Positions 1 to 11,031 of a DNA stretch of 64,000 nt are shown one piece after another. Origin of the DNA: an uncultured Megamonas sp. (GTDB lineage Bacteria > Bacillota > Negativicutes > Selenomonadales > Selenomonadaceae). The stretch covers positions 3,546 to 67,545 of the forward strand of contig CAUWIH010000001.1 of the NCBI GenBank assembly GCA_963558795.1. Direction: 5' to 3'. Numbering within the stretch: the stretch's first letter is position 1; each line of letters begins with the position of its first letter. Below the pieces are notes generated by a model. That model made no database searches and was not told the origin of the DNA. It saw only the letters and a program-made list of their open reading frames with translations. Position numbers and translations under genes: made by a program.

Positions 1-97
1 AGAAAATAATAGCAGTGAAAAAAATGTTGTTGAAAGTGAAAATTGATATATAAAAAATAAACAAAAAGTGATAAGTATAAATGAAAGGGGCGTTTGT

Positions 98-1429
98 GTG
101 AAAAAAGTTATTATTGTAGGAGCAGGCATGGCTGGAAGTGAGGCTACTTGGCAAGTAGCTAACCGAGGTATAAAAGTAGATTTATATGAAATGCGACCAG
201 AAAAATCTACACCTGCACATAAAACTGCAAAATTTGCTGAATTGGTATGTAGTAATTCTTTACGTGGAGCAGGATTAGAAAATGCAGTAGGTGTATTAAA
301 AGAAGAAATGCGCCAACTAGGTTCTATTATTATGGAATCTGCAGACTATAACCGTGTACCAGCTGGGGGTGCTTTAGCTGTAGACAGAGAAGGATTTAGT
401 CAATATATTACAGATAAAGTAAAAAATCATCCAAATGTTACGGTAATTAATCGAGAAATAGAAGAAATTCCGCAAGAAGAAAATGCTATTACAATTATTG
501 CAAGTGGGCCGTTAACTTCAGAAACATTGGCAAAATCTATTGGGAATTTAACAGGTCAAGATTATTTTTATTTTTATGATGCAGCAGCCCCATTAATTAG
601 CAAAGATTCTATAGATATGAGCAAAGCATATCGTGCTTCTCGTTATAATAAAGGGACAGCTGATTATATAAATTGTCCAATGAATAAAGAAGAATATGAA
701 AAATTTTGGCAAGAATTAACTACAGCAGAACTTGCACCAATCAAAGAATTCGAAAAAGCAAAATTCTTTGAAGGTTGTATGCCTGTTGAAGAAATGGCTC
801 GTCGAGGTGTAGATACACTACTTTATGGACCATTAAAACCAGTAGGATTAGATGATCCAAATACGGGAAAAAGACCACATGCAGTAGTACAACTTCGTCA
901 AGATAATGCAGCAGATAGCCTCTATAATATAGTAGGTTTTCAAACACATTTGAAATGGCCAGAGCAAAAAAGAGTATTTGGTCTTATTCCAGGTCTTGAG
1001 AATGCTGAGTTTGTACGTTATGGTGTAATGCATAGAAATACTTTTATAAATTCACCAGAATTATTACGACCTACATTACAATATAAAGATAAAGATAATT
1101 TACTTTTTGCTGGACAAATGACCGGGGTTGAAGGTTATATTGAATCAGCGGCTTCTGGATTAGTAGCGGGGATAAATGCAGCTTATTTAGCAAAAGGTGA
1201 AAACCCAGTGATTTTCCCAGAAGAAACAGCACATGGCTCAATGTGCAAATATATTACCTCTGCAGTAGCAAAGCATTTTCAACCAATGAATGCTAATTTT
1301 GGATTAATGCCAAGTTTGGGCGAAAAAATTCGTGATAAAAAATTAAAAAAACAAAAAATAGCACATAGAGCATTAGAGTTTTTAACAAAATTTAAAGAAG
1401 ATGTATTGAAATTATCTGAGAAAAACTGA
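98..1429 (+). CDS. trmFO: FAD/folate-dependent tRNA (uracil-54-C5)-methyltransferase TrmFO (Gid)
   Basis: N-terminal [12 protein letters not shown] motif, ELVCSNS, GAVALDR-like and [10 protein letters not shown] motifs. Start moved to GTG at 98 after RBS AAAGGGG (ORF track starts at 68). Confidence 0.95.
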   Translation: MKKVIIVGAGMAGSEATWQVANRGIKVDLYEMRPEKSTPAHKTAKFAELVCSNSLRGAGLENAVGVLKEEMRQLGSIIMESADYNRVPAGGALAVDREGFSQYITDKVKNHPNVTVINREIEEIPQEENAITIIASGPLTSETLAKSIGNLTGQDYFYFYDAAAPLISKDSIDMSKAYRASRYNKGTADYINCPMNKEEYEKFWQELTTAELAPIKEFEKAKFFEGCMPVEEMARRGVDTLLYGPLKPVGLDDPNTGKRPHAVVQLRQDNAADSLYNIVGFQTHLKWPEQKRVFGLIPGLENAEFVRYGVMHRNTFINSPELLRPTLQYKDKDNLLFAGQMTGVEGYIESAASGLVAGINAAYLAKGENPVIFPEETAHGSMCKYITSAVAKHFQPMNANFGLMPSLGEKIRDKKLKKQKIAHRALEFLTKFKEDVLKLSEKN

Positions 1430-1464
1430 TAAGATGAATATAATCTATAAATGGAGATGATAAT

Positions 1465-2007
1465 ATGGATAGTTTTAAAGCGACCACAATTATAGCTGTA
1501 AAAAAAGATGGAAAAACTGCAATTGCAGGTGATGGACAAGTTACATTCGGACAGGCAGCTATTATGAAAGCTAATGCTAGAAAAGTACGTCGTTTATATA
1601 ATAATAAAGTTTTGGCAGGTTTTGCAGGTTCTGTAGCAGATGCATTTACTTTATTTGAAAAATTTGAAGCAAAATTAGTTGAATATCATGGTAATTTAGC
1701 ACGTGCAGCAGTAGAGCTTGCTAAAGATTGGCGTACAGATAGAGTACTTCGAAAATTAGAAGCATTATTACTTGTAGCAGATGAAAATACATTATTATTA
1801 ATTTCAGGTAATGGTGAAGTTATTGAACCAGATGGTAGTGTAGCAGCTATTGGTTCTGGCGGATTTTATGCTTTATCTGCTGGTAGAGCTTTAGCTAAAC
1901 ATTCAGATTTAACAGCAGCACAAATTGCAAAAGAAGCACTTACTATAGCGGCTGATATTTGTGTATATACAAATCATAATATTATAGTTGAAGAATTAGA
2001 TAAATAA
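1465..2007 (+). CDS. hslV: ATP-dependent protease peptidase subunit HslV/ClpQ
   Basis: Propeptide followed by TTIIAV (N-terminal Thr nucleophile), [17 protein letters not shown] and AIGSGG motifs. Confidence 0.96.
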   Translation: MDSFKATTIIAVKKDGKTAIAGDGQVTFGQAAIMKANARKVRRLYNNKVLAGFAGSVADAFTLFEKFEAKLVEYHGNLARAAVELAKDWRTDRVLRKLEALLLVADENTLLLISGNGEVIEPDGSVAAIGSGGFYALSAGRALAKHSDLTAAQIAKEALTIAADICVYTNHNIIVEELDK

Positions 2008-2020
2008 AGGGGCTATTTTA

Positions 2021-3412
2021 ATGAAATTGAATGAACAAATTCCTCGTCAAGTTGTTGAAGAATTAGATAAATATATCGTAGGTCAATCTCAAGCAAAACG
2101 TTCCGTAGCAATTGCACTTCGTAATAGATGGCGCAGTCGTCATCTTCCTGAAGAAATGAGAGATGAAATTATTCCTAAAAATATTTTAATGATTGGTTCT
2201 ACAGGTGTTGGTAAAACTGAAATCGCTAGACGCTTAGCTAAATTAGTAAAAGCTCCGTTTGTAAAAGTTGAAGCAACTAAATTTACAGAAGTAGGCTATG
2301 TAGGTAGAGATGTAGAATCTATGGTTAGAGATTTAGCAGAATCTGCTGTACGTATGTTAAAACAAGAAAAATTAGAAGAAGTTCAAGATAAAGCAAAAGT
2401 AATGGCTGAAGAACGCATTTTAGATATTTATGTACCAGAACCAAAATCTAATGCAGTAAGTAATCCATTAAGTTCTATTTTTGGTGGAGCAGATAAAGAA
2501 GAAGAAACTCAAACTGTAGAACAACCAAAATATTCTGCTGGTCGTGAATGGTGTAGAAAACGTCTACAAAAAGGCGAATTAGAAAAAGATATTATTGAAA
2601 TTGATGTAGAACCAAAATCTTCTCCAGTAATTGGTATGTTTGCAGGCTCTGGAATGGAAGATATGAGCAATAATATTCAAGATATGATTGGTAATTTAAT
2701 GCCTAAAAAACGTAAAAAACGTAAAGTTACTGTAGCACAAGCTAGAGAAATTTTCACTAAAGAAGAAGCACAAAAATTATTAGATATGGAAGCTATTTCT
2801 CAAGAAGCAATTAAACTTGCAGAACGAAATGGTATCATTTTCTTAGATGAAATCGATAAAGTAGCAGTGAAAGGTTCTTCTTCTGGCCCAGATGTTTCTC
2901 GTGAAGGTGTACAGCGTGATATTTTACCTATCGTAGAAGGTTGCACTGTTAATACAAAATATGGACAAATGAAAACAGACCATATTTTATTTATTGCAGC
3001 AGGTGCTTTCCATATGGCAAAACCATCTGATTTAATTCCAGAATTACAAGGTCGTTTTCCTATTCGAGTGGAATTAACATCTTTAACAGAAGCAGATTTT
3101 AAACGCATTTTAACAGAACCAACAAATGCTCTTTTAAAACAATATAAAGCATTACTTGCTACAGAAGATGTTTCTATTGAATTTACAGAAGATGCAATTA
3201 GTCGTCTTGCACAAGTTGCTTGTGAAGTAAATGAACAAACTGAAAATATTGGTGCAAGAAGATTGCATACTATTATGGAAAAATTATTAGAAGATTTATC
3301 TTTTACAGCACCAGAATTAGAAGAAAAAAATGTAGTAATCGACGCCAAATATGTTGATGAAAAACTTGGTGGTATTATTAAAAATCGTGATTTGAGCCAG
3401 TTTATTTTATAA
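2021..3412 (+). CDS. hslU: ATP-dependent protease ATPase subunit HslU/ClpY
   Basis: Walker [21 protein letters not shown], Walker [26 protein letters not shown]; directly follows hslV. Confidence 0.96.
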   Translation: MKLNEQIPRQVVEELDKYIVGQSQAKRSVAIALRNRWRSRHLPEEMRDEIIPKNILMIGSTGVGKTEIARRLAKLVKAPFVKVEATKFTEVGYVGRDVESMVRDLAESAVRMLKQEKLEEVQDKAKVMAEERILDIYVPEPKSNAVSNPLSSIFGGADKEEETQTVEQPKYSAGREWCRKRLQKGELEKDIIEIDVEPKSSPVIGMFAGSGMEDMSNNIQDMIGNLMPKKRKKRKVTVAQAREIFTKEEAQKLLDMEAISQEAIKLAERNGIIFLDEIDKVAVKGSSSGPDVSREGVQRDILPIVEGCTVNTKYGQMKTDHILFIAAGAFHMAKPSDLIPELQGRFPIRVELTSLTEADFKRILTEPTNALLKQYKALLATEDVSIEFTEDAISRLAQVACEVNEQTENIGARRLHTIMEKLLEDLSFTAPELEEKNVVIDAKYVDEKLGGIIKNRDLSQFIL

Positions 3413-3458
3413 TTGGAGGAATATTATACAAAATTCAAAAAAATGTAAAAATTTTTCT

Positions 3459-3486
3459 TTGAAATTGCGATTATATATGATAAAAT
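3459..3486 (+). promoter_or_regulatory. sigmaA-type promoter of codY
   Basis: TTGAAA (3459-3464), N16, extended -10 TGaTAAAAT (3478-3486). Confidence 0.6.
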
Positions 3487-3542
3487 AAAAAAAGGATAAG
3501 CTCAGCAGAAATATATTTTTCTGTGCAGGAAGGGGATAACAG

Positions 3543-4316
3543 ATGGTAACATTACTTGAAAAAACAAGAAAAATAAATAAATTATTACAAAAAGCAGAAG
3601 TCGTAGAATATGATAGTATTTCCCGCGTGCTTAGCAATGTTATTGAAGCAAATGTATATATTGTTAGTAAAACAGGCAAAATTTTCGGTTATGCATTCCG
3701 TGATGATTTTGAATGTGATACTATTATAGATAGAATTGTAAGCCAAGGCGAATTTCCAAAACACTATGTTAATTGGTTATTAAAAATGGATAGTACATCT
3801 TCTAACATTCAACAAAAAGAAACTTGTGCTTTCTTTGATAAAGCTGAATGCTCTGTAGAAGGCAAAATTACTACAATTGTGCCTATTTATGGTGTGGGTG
3901 AAAGAATTGGTACTTTAGTATTAGCTAAATTCAATGAAGACTTTGATGATGATGATTTATTGTTAGCTGAATATGGTGCAACTGTTGTTGGTATGGAAAT
4001 TTTACGTGATAATTCTCAAAAAATTGAAGTTGAAGCACGTAAAAAAGCTACTGTACAAATTGCCTTAGCAACACTTTCTTATTCTGAAATTGAAGCAGCT
4101 GTGAATATTTTAAGTGAATTAAATGGTACAGAAGGTTTACTTGTAGCATCTAAAATTGCTGACCGTGTAGGTATCACTCGTTCTGTAATCGTAAATGCTC
4201 TTCGCAAATTTGAATCTGCAGGTGTTATTGAATCTAAATCTCTTGGTATGAAAGGTACTTATATCAGAGTATTGAATGAACACTTATTAGATGAAATTCA
4301 AAAACTTAAAAGATAA
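3543..4316 (+). CDS. codY: GTP/branched-chain amino acid-sensing repressor CodY
   Basis: N-terminal [16 protein letters not shown] domain, C-terminal w[41 protein letters not shown]. Confidence 0.97.
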   Translation: MVTLLEKTRKINKLLQKAEVVEYDSISRVLSNVIEANVYIVSKTGKIFGYAFRDDFECDTIIDRIVSQGEFPKHYVNWLLKMDSTSSNIQQKETCAFFDKAECSVEGKITTIVPIYGVGERIGTLVLAKFNEDFDDDDLLLAEYGATVVGMEILRDNSQKIEVEARKKATVQIALATLSYSEIEAAVNILSELNGTEGLLVASKIADRVGITRSVIVNALRKFESAGVIESKSLGMKGTYIRVLNEHLLDEIQKLKR

Positions 4317-4424
4317 TAGTAAATAATTTGATTTTTATTTGATGACAGAGAAATAAATGCAGTAATAAATATTCGAAACGAAGAACTAAGAATATTAAGC
4401 ATAACTTAAATAACATATATAAAA

Positions 4425-4594
4425 ACCGTAGAAAACCTAGAAAATGAGTTCTAGTTAGAGAGTTGTTACTAGAAAACCTGCGATTTTAGTCGTGAAAGGT
4501 TTAGAAACTGATATATAACTATATTGGTAGAAACAGTAAAAGCAAATGAATAAATTAAAAAGAAAGAACGATGTTGTTATATCGTTCTTTTTTT
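4425..4594 (+). ncRNA. Candidate structured RNA or long codY 3' UTR (three hairpins separated by TAGAAA linkers, then a terminator)
   Basis: TAGAAA at 4429, 4438, 4470, 4502 and 4528, with hairpins between them; no ORF with a start codon. Confidence 0.3.
4558..4594 (+). terminator. Intrinsic terminator downstream of codY
   Basis: AAAGAACGAT...ATCGTTCTTT inverted repeat followed by a T run. Confidence 0.75.
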
Positions 4595-4618
4595 ATACGT
4601 TTATAAAATAAATATTTA

Positions 4619-4647
4619 TTGTATTTATAAAAAAATTATGCTATAAT
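4619..4647 (+). promoter_or_regulatory. sigmaA promoter of rpsB-tsf
   Basis: TTGTAT (4619-4624), N17, TGcTATAAT (4639-4647). Confidence 0.75.
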
Positions 4648-4659
4648 GCTTAACGGTGT

Positions 4660-4770
4660 AAAAAACGCACACATTCCGATTTTGTACTGTGCCTTTATTA
4701 GATATACCTTGTTGGTACGCTAAGAAGAATATTTAAAAAGGTTGAAACAAAGCTAAAGAATGTGGAGGAA
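4660..4770 (+). promoter_or_regulatory. rpsB (S2) 5' leader, probable autoregulatory RNA
   Basis: ~140-nt leader. 5' CACATTC can pair with 3' GAATGTG, which is followed by GAGG, as in described S2 leaders. Confidence 0.6.
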
Positions 4771-4794
4771 AAAAATAACAGGAGGTGCACCATC

Positions 4795-5529
4795 ATGGCA
4801 GTTATTTCCATGAAACAATTATTAGAAGCAGGCGTTCACTTTGGTCATCAGACTAGACGTTGGAACCCAAAAATGGCTCCATACATTTTTACAGAACGCA
4901 ATGGTATTTACATTATCGATTTACAGAAAACTGTAAAAAAAGTTGACGAAGCTTACGATTTCTTACGTAGCGTAGCTGAAGAAGGCAAAAGCATTCTTTT
5001 CGTTGGTACTAAAAAACAAGCTCAAGAAGCTGTTAAAGAAGAAGCTTTAAAATCCGGCATGTTCTATGTAAATGAAAGATGGCTTGGTGGTATGATGACT
5101 AACTTCGCTACTATCCGTAAAAGCATCAATCGTTTAAAAGAACTTGAAGCTATGGAAGAAGATGGAACATTTGAAGTTCTTAGCAAAAAAGAAGTTCTTT
5201 CTTTAAAACGTGAACAAGAAAAACTTGAAAAATCCCTCGGCGGTATTAAAGACATGGAAAAATTACCAGGCGCTTTATTCATCGTTGACCCACGTAAAGA
5301 AAGAATCGCTGTAGCTGAAGCTAAAAAACTTAATATTCCAATCGTTGCAATCGTTGATACAAACTGCGATCCAGATGAAATTGACTATGTAATTCCTGGT
5401 AACGATGACGCTATCCGTGCTGTTAAACTTTTAACTTCCCGTATGGCTGATGCTGTTATCGAAGGACGTCAAGGTGAAGCTGGCGAAGCTGAAGTAGCAG
5501 AAGAAGTTGCTACTGAAGATGCTGAATAA
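4795..5529 (+). CDS. rpsB: 30S ribosomal protein S2
   Basis: [27 protein letters not shown] and PGNDDAIRA motifs. ATG at 4795 after AGGAGG. Confidence 0.98.
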   Translation: MAVISMKQLLEAGVHFGHQTRRWNPKMAPYIFTERNGIYIIDLQKTVKKVDEAYDFLRSVAEEGKSILFVGTKKQAQEAVKEEALKSGMFYVNERWLGGMMTNFATIRKSINRLKELEAMEEDGTFEVLSKKEVLSLKREQEKLEKSLGGIKDMEKLPGALFIVDPRKERIAVAEAKKLNIPIVAIVDTNCDPDEIDYVIPGNDDAIRAVKLLTSRMADAVIEGRQGEAGEAEVAEEVATEDAE

Positions 5530-5615
5530 TTTTTAGCGGAATCTTAAATTTATATAACAATTAAAAAAGGTGAGGGTATATCCCTTGCCTTTTATTGACT
5601 AAGGAGGAAATATTA

Positions 5616-6263
5616 ATGGCTATTACTGCAGCATTAGTAAAAGAATTACGTGAAAAAACTGGTGCAGGTATGATGGACTGCAAAAAAGCTCTTTCTGCAA
5701 CTGACGGTGATATGGAAAAAGCAATTGACTTTTTAAGAGAAAAAGGTCTTGCTTCCGCAGCTAAAAAAGCTGGTCGTGTAGCAGCTGAAGGTGTAGTAAC
5801 ATCCTATATTCATGCTGGTGGACGTATCGGTGTATTAGTAGAAGTTAACTGTGAAACAGACTTCGTTGCTGGTACTCCTGAATTCCAAGATTTTGCACGT
5901 GATATCGCTATGCAGATTGCTGCTGCAAACCCAACTTGCGTACGTCGTGAAGAAGTAGATGCAGCTGCTATTGAACATGAACGTCAAGTTCTTCGTGAAC
6001 AAGCTCTTAACGAAGGCAAACCTGAAAAAATCGTTGAAAGAATGGTAGAAGGTCGCCTTGAAAAATATTATAAAGAAGTATGTCTTTTAGATCAGCCATA
6101 CATTAAAGATCCAGATGTTACAATTGCTGACCTTGTAAAAGGTAAAATTGCTAAAATCGGTGAAAATATCTCCATTCGTCGTTTCGTAAGATATCAACTT
6201 GGTGAAGGTATTGAAAAGAAAGCTGATAACTTTGTAGAAGAAGTTATGGCAGCTGTTAAATAA
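5616..6263 (+). CDS. tsf: Elongation factor Ts (short form)
   Basis: [19 protein letters not shown] and [10 protein letters not shown] motifs. ATG at 5616 after AAGGAGG. Confidence 0.97.
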   Translation: MAITAALVKELREKTGAGMMDCKKALSATDGDMEKAIDFLREKGLASAAKKAGRVAAEGVVTSYIHAGGRIGVLVEVNCETDFVAGTPEFQDFARDIAMQIAAANPTCVRREEVDAAAIEHERQVLREQALNEGKPEKIVERMVEGRLEKYYKEVCLLDQPYIKDPDVTIADLVKGKIAKIGENISIRRFVRYQLGEGIEKKADNFVEEVMAAVK

Positions 6264-6287
6264 TTTCATAAGTTTTATTATGATAAC

Positions 6288-6318
6288 AAAGAGAGAACAC
6301 CTAGGTGTTCTCTTTTTT
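6288..6318 (+). terminator. Intrinsic terminator after tsf
   Basis: GAGAACAC-ctag-GTGTTCTC followed by TTTTTT. Confidence 0.8.
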
Positions 6319-6404
6319 ATAGTAAAAATTCAGTAAAAGAAAATAGAATTATTTAGCATAGAAAAAAGTTATAATGTCTACCGTTTATTATAGATATATG
6401 ATAA

Positions 6405-7186
<782 letters not shown>

Positions 7187-7187
<1 letters not shown>

Positions 7188-7744
7188 TGGTAAAAGAAGT
7201 TATTGCAAATAATGAAGAGCGTATGAAAAAAACACTTAGTGCTGCAAAAGTAGAATTTGCTTCACTTCGTGCAGGTAGAGCGACTCCTGCATTATTAGAT
7301 AAAGTAATGGTAGAATATTATGGTTCACTTGTGCCTGTAAACCAAGTAGGTAATATTTCTGTACCAGAACCACGCATGATTTTAATTCAACCATGGGAAA
7401 AACCTATGCTTCATGAAATTGAAAAAGCAATTACTAGATCTGACCTTGGTCTTAGCCCAAATAACGATGGTACTGTAATTCGTTTAAATATTCCACAGCT
7501 TACAGAAGAGCGTCGTACAGACCTTGTAAAAACATTAAATAAACGTGCAGAAGAATCCAAAGTATCTATTCGTAATATTCGTCGTGATACTAATGAAGCT
7601 ATTAAAAAATTAGAAAAAGCAAAATCTATTACTGAAGATGATGCAAAAAAAGCTCAAGAAGATGTACAAAAAATTGTAGATAAATATATCAAACAAATTG
7701 ATGAAGCTAGAGCTGAAAAAGAAAAAGAAATAATGGAAGTTTAA
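7187..7744 (+). CDS. frr: Ribosome recycling factor
   Basis: LRAGRATP, DLGLSPNNDG, IRNIRRD motifs; TAATG coupling to pyrH. Confidence 0.97.
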
Positions 7745-7746
7745 TT

Positions 7747-7947
7747 ATGGAGTATTTAGGATTACCAGCTGTAGAGGCTATCGAAAGATTGAATGCTAGA
7801 AATATAAAGTTTAAAATGAATTATACTGTACCACTGAAGGGGTATTTTAAAGTAGATACAGATGCTTTATATATTGTTAGAGAAAAGATTTTAGATGGTG
7901 GTATTATTGAACTTACAGCTGCTGCTAAAATGCGAAAGGAGGTGTAA
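7747..7947 (+). CDS. Small hypothetical protein (66 aa; N-terminus loosely PASTA-like)
   Basis: Fills the gap between frr and the ferredoxin; its last codons carry the ferredoxin RBS (AAGGAGG). Confidence 0.55.
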   Translation: MEYLGLPAVEAIERLNARNIKFKMNYTVPLKGYFKVDTDALYIVREKILDGGIIELTAAAKMRKEV

Positions 7948-7949
7948 AG

Positions 7950-8117
7950 ATGGCTTATAAAATTACTGACGATTGCATTTCTTGCGGTGCTTGTGCAGGC
8001 ACTTGCCCAGTAGGTGCTATTTCTGAAGGCGAAAACCATTACGAAATTGATGCAGATATGTGTGTTGAATGTGGTGCATGTCAAGCTGGTTGCCCAGCTG
8101 GTGCTATTGAAGCATAA
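7950..8117 (+). CDS. Clostridial-type 2[4Fe-4S] ferredoxin (55 aa, absent from the ORF track)
   Basis: Manual translation MAYKITDDCISCGACAGTCPVGAISEGENHYEIDADMCVECGACQAGCPAGAIEA*, with two CxxCxxCxxxCP motifs and RBS AAGGAGG at 7936-7942. Confidence 0.95.
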   Translation: MAYKITDDCISCGACAGTCPVGAISEGENHYEIDADMCVECGACQAGCPAGAIEA

Positions 8118-8142
8118 TTAGGCTTTATAGTAAATCGCACTG

Positions 8143-8187
8143 AAAAAGCCCCTCTTATCGTATGGATATAAAGAGGGGCTTATTTCT
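8143..8187 (+). terminator. Intrinsic terminator after ferredoxin
   Basis: AAGCCCCTCTT...AAGAGGGGCTT inverted repeat followed by ATTTCTT. Confidence 0.65.
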
Positions 8188-8217
8188 TATATTTTATGTA
8201 GGAGGAGCTTTAAAAGT

Positions 8218-9003
8218 ATGCTCAAAAAAATATTTTCTTATAAACAAGAAAAGCAAGATATTTCTATAGAACAACAATTAGATTTAACAAGATTGCCACA
8301 ACATATTGGCATTATCATGGATGGAAATGGGCGTTGGGCTACTGGAAAAGGTTTAATTAGAACTTCTGGACATAAAGCCGGAGTAAATACATTAAAAAAA
8401 ATTCTTAAAACTTGTATAAAATATAATATCCCAATATTAACAGTATATGCTTTTTCTACAGAAAATTGGAAAAGACCAGTTACTGAAGTAGATTTTTTAA
8501 TGAAGCTATTTTCTAGCTTTTTAGCTGAACAAATTGATGAAATGTGTGAAGATAACGTACGTATTCACTTTATCGGTAGAGTTGATGAGTTACCAGGTAA
8601 TTTGCCAAAAGAGTTACATGAAGCAGAAGAACGTACTAAAGATAATACAGGTGTATGTTTTAATGTTGCTGTGAATTATGGTGGTAGAGATGAATTAGTA
8701 ACTGCAATAAGAAATATAGCTACTAAAGTAAAAAATGATGAATTGGCTATAGAAGACATAGACGATAAAGTAATCGACGATAATTTATATACTAAAAATT
8801 TACCACCAGTAGATTTAATGATTAGAACAAGTGGCGATATACGTTTAAGCAATTTCTTACTTTGGCAATCAGCTTATGCTGAATTTTGGTTTACTAAAAC
8901 TAATTGGCCAGATTTTTCAGATAAAGAATTTTTAAAAGCTATTGTAGATTTTCAAAAAAGAGATAGACGTTTTGGTGGACTTAGTAAAAATGACAAAAAA
9001 TAA
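8218..9003 (+). CDS. uppS: Undecaprenyl diphosphate synthase
   Basis: HIGIIMDGNGRWA, YAFSTENWKRP, NYGGRDE, RTSGDIRLSNFLLWQSAY motifs. Confidence 0.97.
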   Translation: MLKKIFSYKQEKQDISIEQQLDLTRLPQHIGIIMDGNGRWATGKGLIRTSGHKAGVNTLKKILKTCIKYNIPILTVYAFSTENWKRPVTEVDFLMKLFSSFLAEQIDEMCEDNVRIHFIGRVDELPGNLPKELHEAEERTKDNTGVCFNVAVNYGGRDELVTAIRNIATKVKNDELAIEDIDDKVIDDNLYTKNLPPVDLMIRTSGDIRLSNFLLWQSAYAEFWFTKTNWPDFSDKEFLKAIVDFQKRDRRFGGLSKNDKK

Positions 9004-9017
9004 TTAATTTTAGGGCG

Positions 9018-9851
9018 GTGGAGGTTTTGCTAACACGAATTATCAGTGGTATTATTGGTATGATAATAGCCACCGGTGTAATTCAAATGGGTGGAACAGT
9101 ATTTGTTGGAGTTTCATTGTTATTAGCTTGTCTTGCTTGGCGAGAATATGTAAATGCTTTTAAGCACAAAGAGTATAATATACCTTTATTTTGGGGTATA
9201 TTTATGATTGCGTTTATTATTTTAAGTGGATATTTGATGCAAAATGTAATGTTTGGCATTATAGTTGCCATTTTTGTATCATTTATGAATACAATTTTTA
9301 ATCATAAAAATTTCTCGATAATAGATGCGATTATTACTTTAGCGGGAACAGTATATATAGCAGTTCCATTTTATCATTTAGTAATGTTACGTATTATTGA
9401 AGATAATGTAATTTTAGCGTCAAATAGTATCTTGGGAGATTTTTCGGTGGGCTGTATTTTAATATGGTTAACATTTATTGGTACATGGGCTAGTGATAGC
9501 TTTGCTTATTTTGTTGGTTGTAGTATAGGTAAACATCGTTTATGTCCAGAAATTAGTCCCAAAAAGAGTATTGAAGGGTTTGTTGGTGGAATAATTGGTG
9601 CGATGCTTTGCGTAGGTGCTTTGGGAAGTTATTTTAATTTTGATTTAGTTATCATGTTAATAATGGGAGCACTTATTGCTATTATTGGTACTTTTGGTGA
9701 TTTAGTGGAATCTTGTATTAAACGCTATGTAGGTATTAAAGATTCAGGCACGTTAATTCCAGGTCATGGTGGTGTATTAGATAGATTTGATAGTTTATTA
9801 TTTACAGCACCGCTTGTTTATTATATAGCTATATTTTTGTTAGTTAGATAA
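9018..9851 (+). CDS. cdsA: Phosphatidate cytidylyltransferase
   Basis: Hydrophobic protein; SDSFAYFVG, ISPKKSIEG and KDSGTLIPGHGGVLDRFDS motifs. Confidence 0.95.
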   Translation: MEVLLTRIISGIIGMIIATGVIQMGGTVFVGVSLLLACLAWREYVNAFKHKEYNIPLFWGIFMIAFIILSGYLMQNVMFGIIVAIFVSFMNTIFNHKNFSIIDAIITLAGTVYIAVPFYHLVMLRIIEDNVILASNSILGDFSVGCILIWLTFIGTWASDSFAYFVGCSIGKHRLCPEISPKKSIEGFVGGIIGAMLCVGALGSYFNFDLVIMLIMGALIAIIGTFGDLVESCIKRYVGIKDSGTLIPGHGGVLDRFDSLLFTAPLVYYIAIFLLVR

Positions 9852-9882
9852 TAAGATATTCAGAGTAAAGGAATGTAATATA

Positions 9883-11031
9883 ATGAAAAAAATTGCAGTC
9901 TTAGGTTCAACTGGTTCTATTGGAACACAGACTTTAGATGTAGTGAGAAATCATAATGAGTTTTTGAAAGTTGAAGTTTTAGCAGCAAATAGTAATGATG
10001 AATTGTTAGAAGCACAAATTAAAGAATTTTGTCCTAGTATAGCAATTTTGAATGATAAAAATGCTTATGAACGTTTAAAAGCACGTTATATAGGTAAGAC
10101 AAAGCTTTATTATGGTGAAGAAGGCTTAATTGAAGGTGCGACTACTGATAAAATAGATACAGTAGTGACATCTTTAATGGGTTTTGCAGGTCTTCGCCCA
10201 ACAATGAAAGCCATTGAAGCTGGTAAAAACATTGCATTAGCCAATAAAGAAACTTTAGTTGTAGCTGGCGATTTGGTAATGCAAAAAGCTCGTGAAAAAA
10301 ATATAGAAATTATGCCAATTGATAGTGAACATGGTGCGTTATTTCAATGTTTACAGGGTGAAGATATAACAAAAGTAGATAAACTTTTACTTACTGCATC
10401 TGGTGGACCTTTTAGAGGAAAACATAAAGAAGATTTAGCAAAAGTATCAGTAAAACAATGTTTAAATCATCCTACATGGAAAATGGGAAGAAAAATTACT
10501 ATTGATAGTGCGTCATTAATGAATAAAGGTTTAGAAGTTATTGAAGCAAAACAATTATATAATATAGATTATGATAAAATTCAAGTTGTAGTACATCCAC
10601 AGAGTATAGTACATTCAATGGTACAATATGTAGATGGTTCAGTAATTGCACAATTAGGTTCAACGGATATGCGTTTACCTATTCAGTATGCATTAACTTA
10701 TCCAGAACGTATGATTTGTCCTGCAGAAAAATTAGATTTTTGGCAAATGCAGAATTTGACTTTTGAAAAACCAGATACAGATACTTTTAAAGGTTTAGCC
10801 TTAGCTTATGAAGCTGGTAAAATTGGTGGCTCAATGCCATGCGTAATGAATGCAGCTAATGAAATTGCAGTAGAAGCCTTTTTAAATGAACAAATTAGCT
10901 TTTTAGATATATATAATGTAATTGAAGAAGCTATGCAATCTCATGTAACTTTAGTTGACCCAGAACTTGAAGATTTATTTGAAATTGATAGCCAAGTTCG
11001 TCAGCAAACAAGGGAGAGGATTAAATGTTAA
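9883..11031 (+). CDS. dxr: 1-deoxy-D-xylulose-5-phosphate reductoisomerase
   Basis: LGSTGSIG, LANKETL, PIDSEH, TASGGPF, HPTWKMGRKITIDS motifs. Confidence 0.97.
   Translation: MKKIAVLGSTGSIGTQTLDVVRNHNEFLKVEVLAANSNDELLEAQIKEFCPSIAILNDKNAYERLKARYIGKTKLYYGEEGLIEGATTDKIDTVVTSLMGFAGLRPTMKAIEAGKNIALANKETLVVAGDLVMQKAREKNIEIMPIDSEHGALFQCLQGEDITKVDKLLLTASGGPFRGKHKEDLAKVSVKQCLNHPTWKMGRKITIDSASLMNKGLEVIEAKQLYNIDYDKIQVVVHPQSIVHSMVQYVDGSVIAQLGSTDMRLPIQYALTYPERMICPAEKLDFWQMQNLTFEKPDTDTFKGLALAYEAGKIGGSMPCVMNAANEIAVEAFLNEQISFLDIYNVIEEAMQSHVTLVDPELEDLFEIDSQVRQQTRERIKC

Noticed and set aside
3440-3530. CodY box upstream of codY
   Set aside because: AT-rich near matches to AATTTTCWGAAAATT need gaps or several mismatches and are expected by chance here.
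4425-4540. TAGAAA(C) repeats as a degenerate CRISPR array
   Set aside because: Only 6-7 nt recur, spacing is not uniform, and there is no leader or cas gene. Kept only as a candidate structured RNA.
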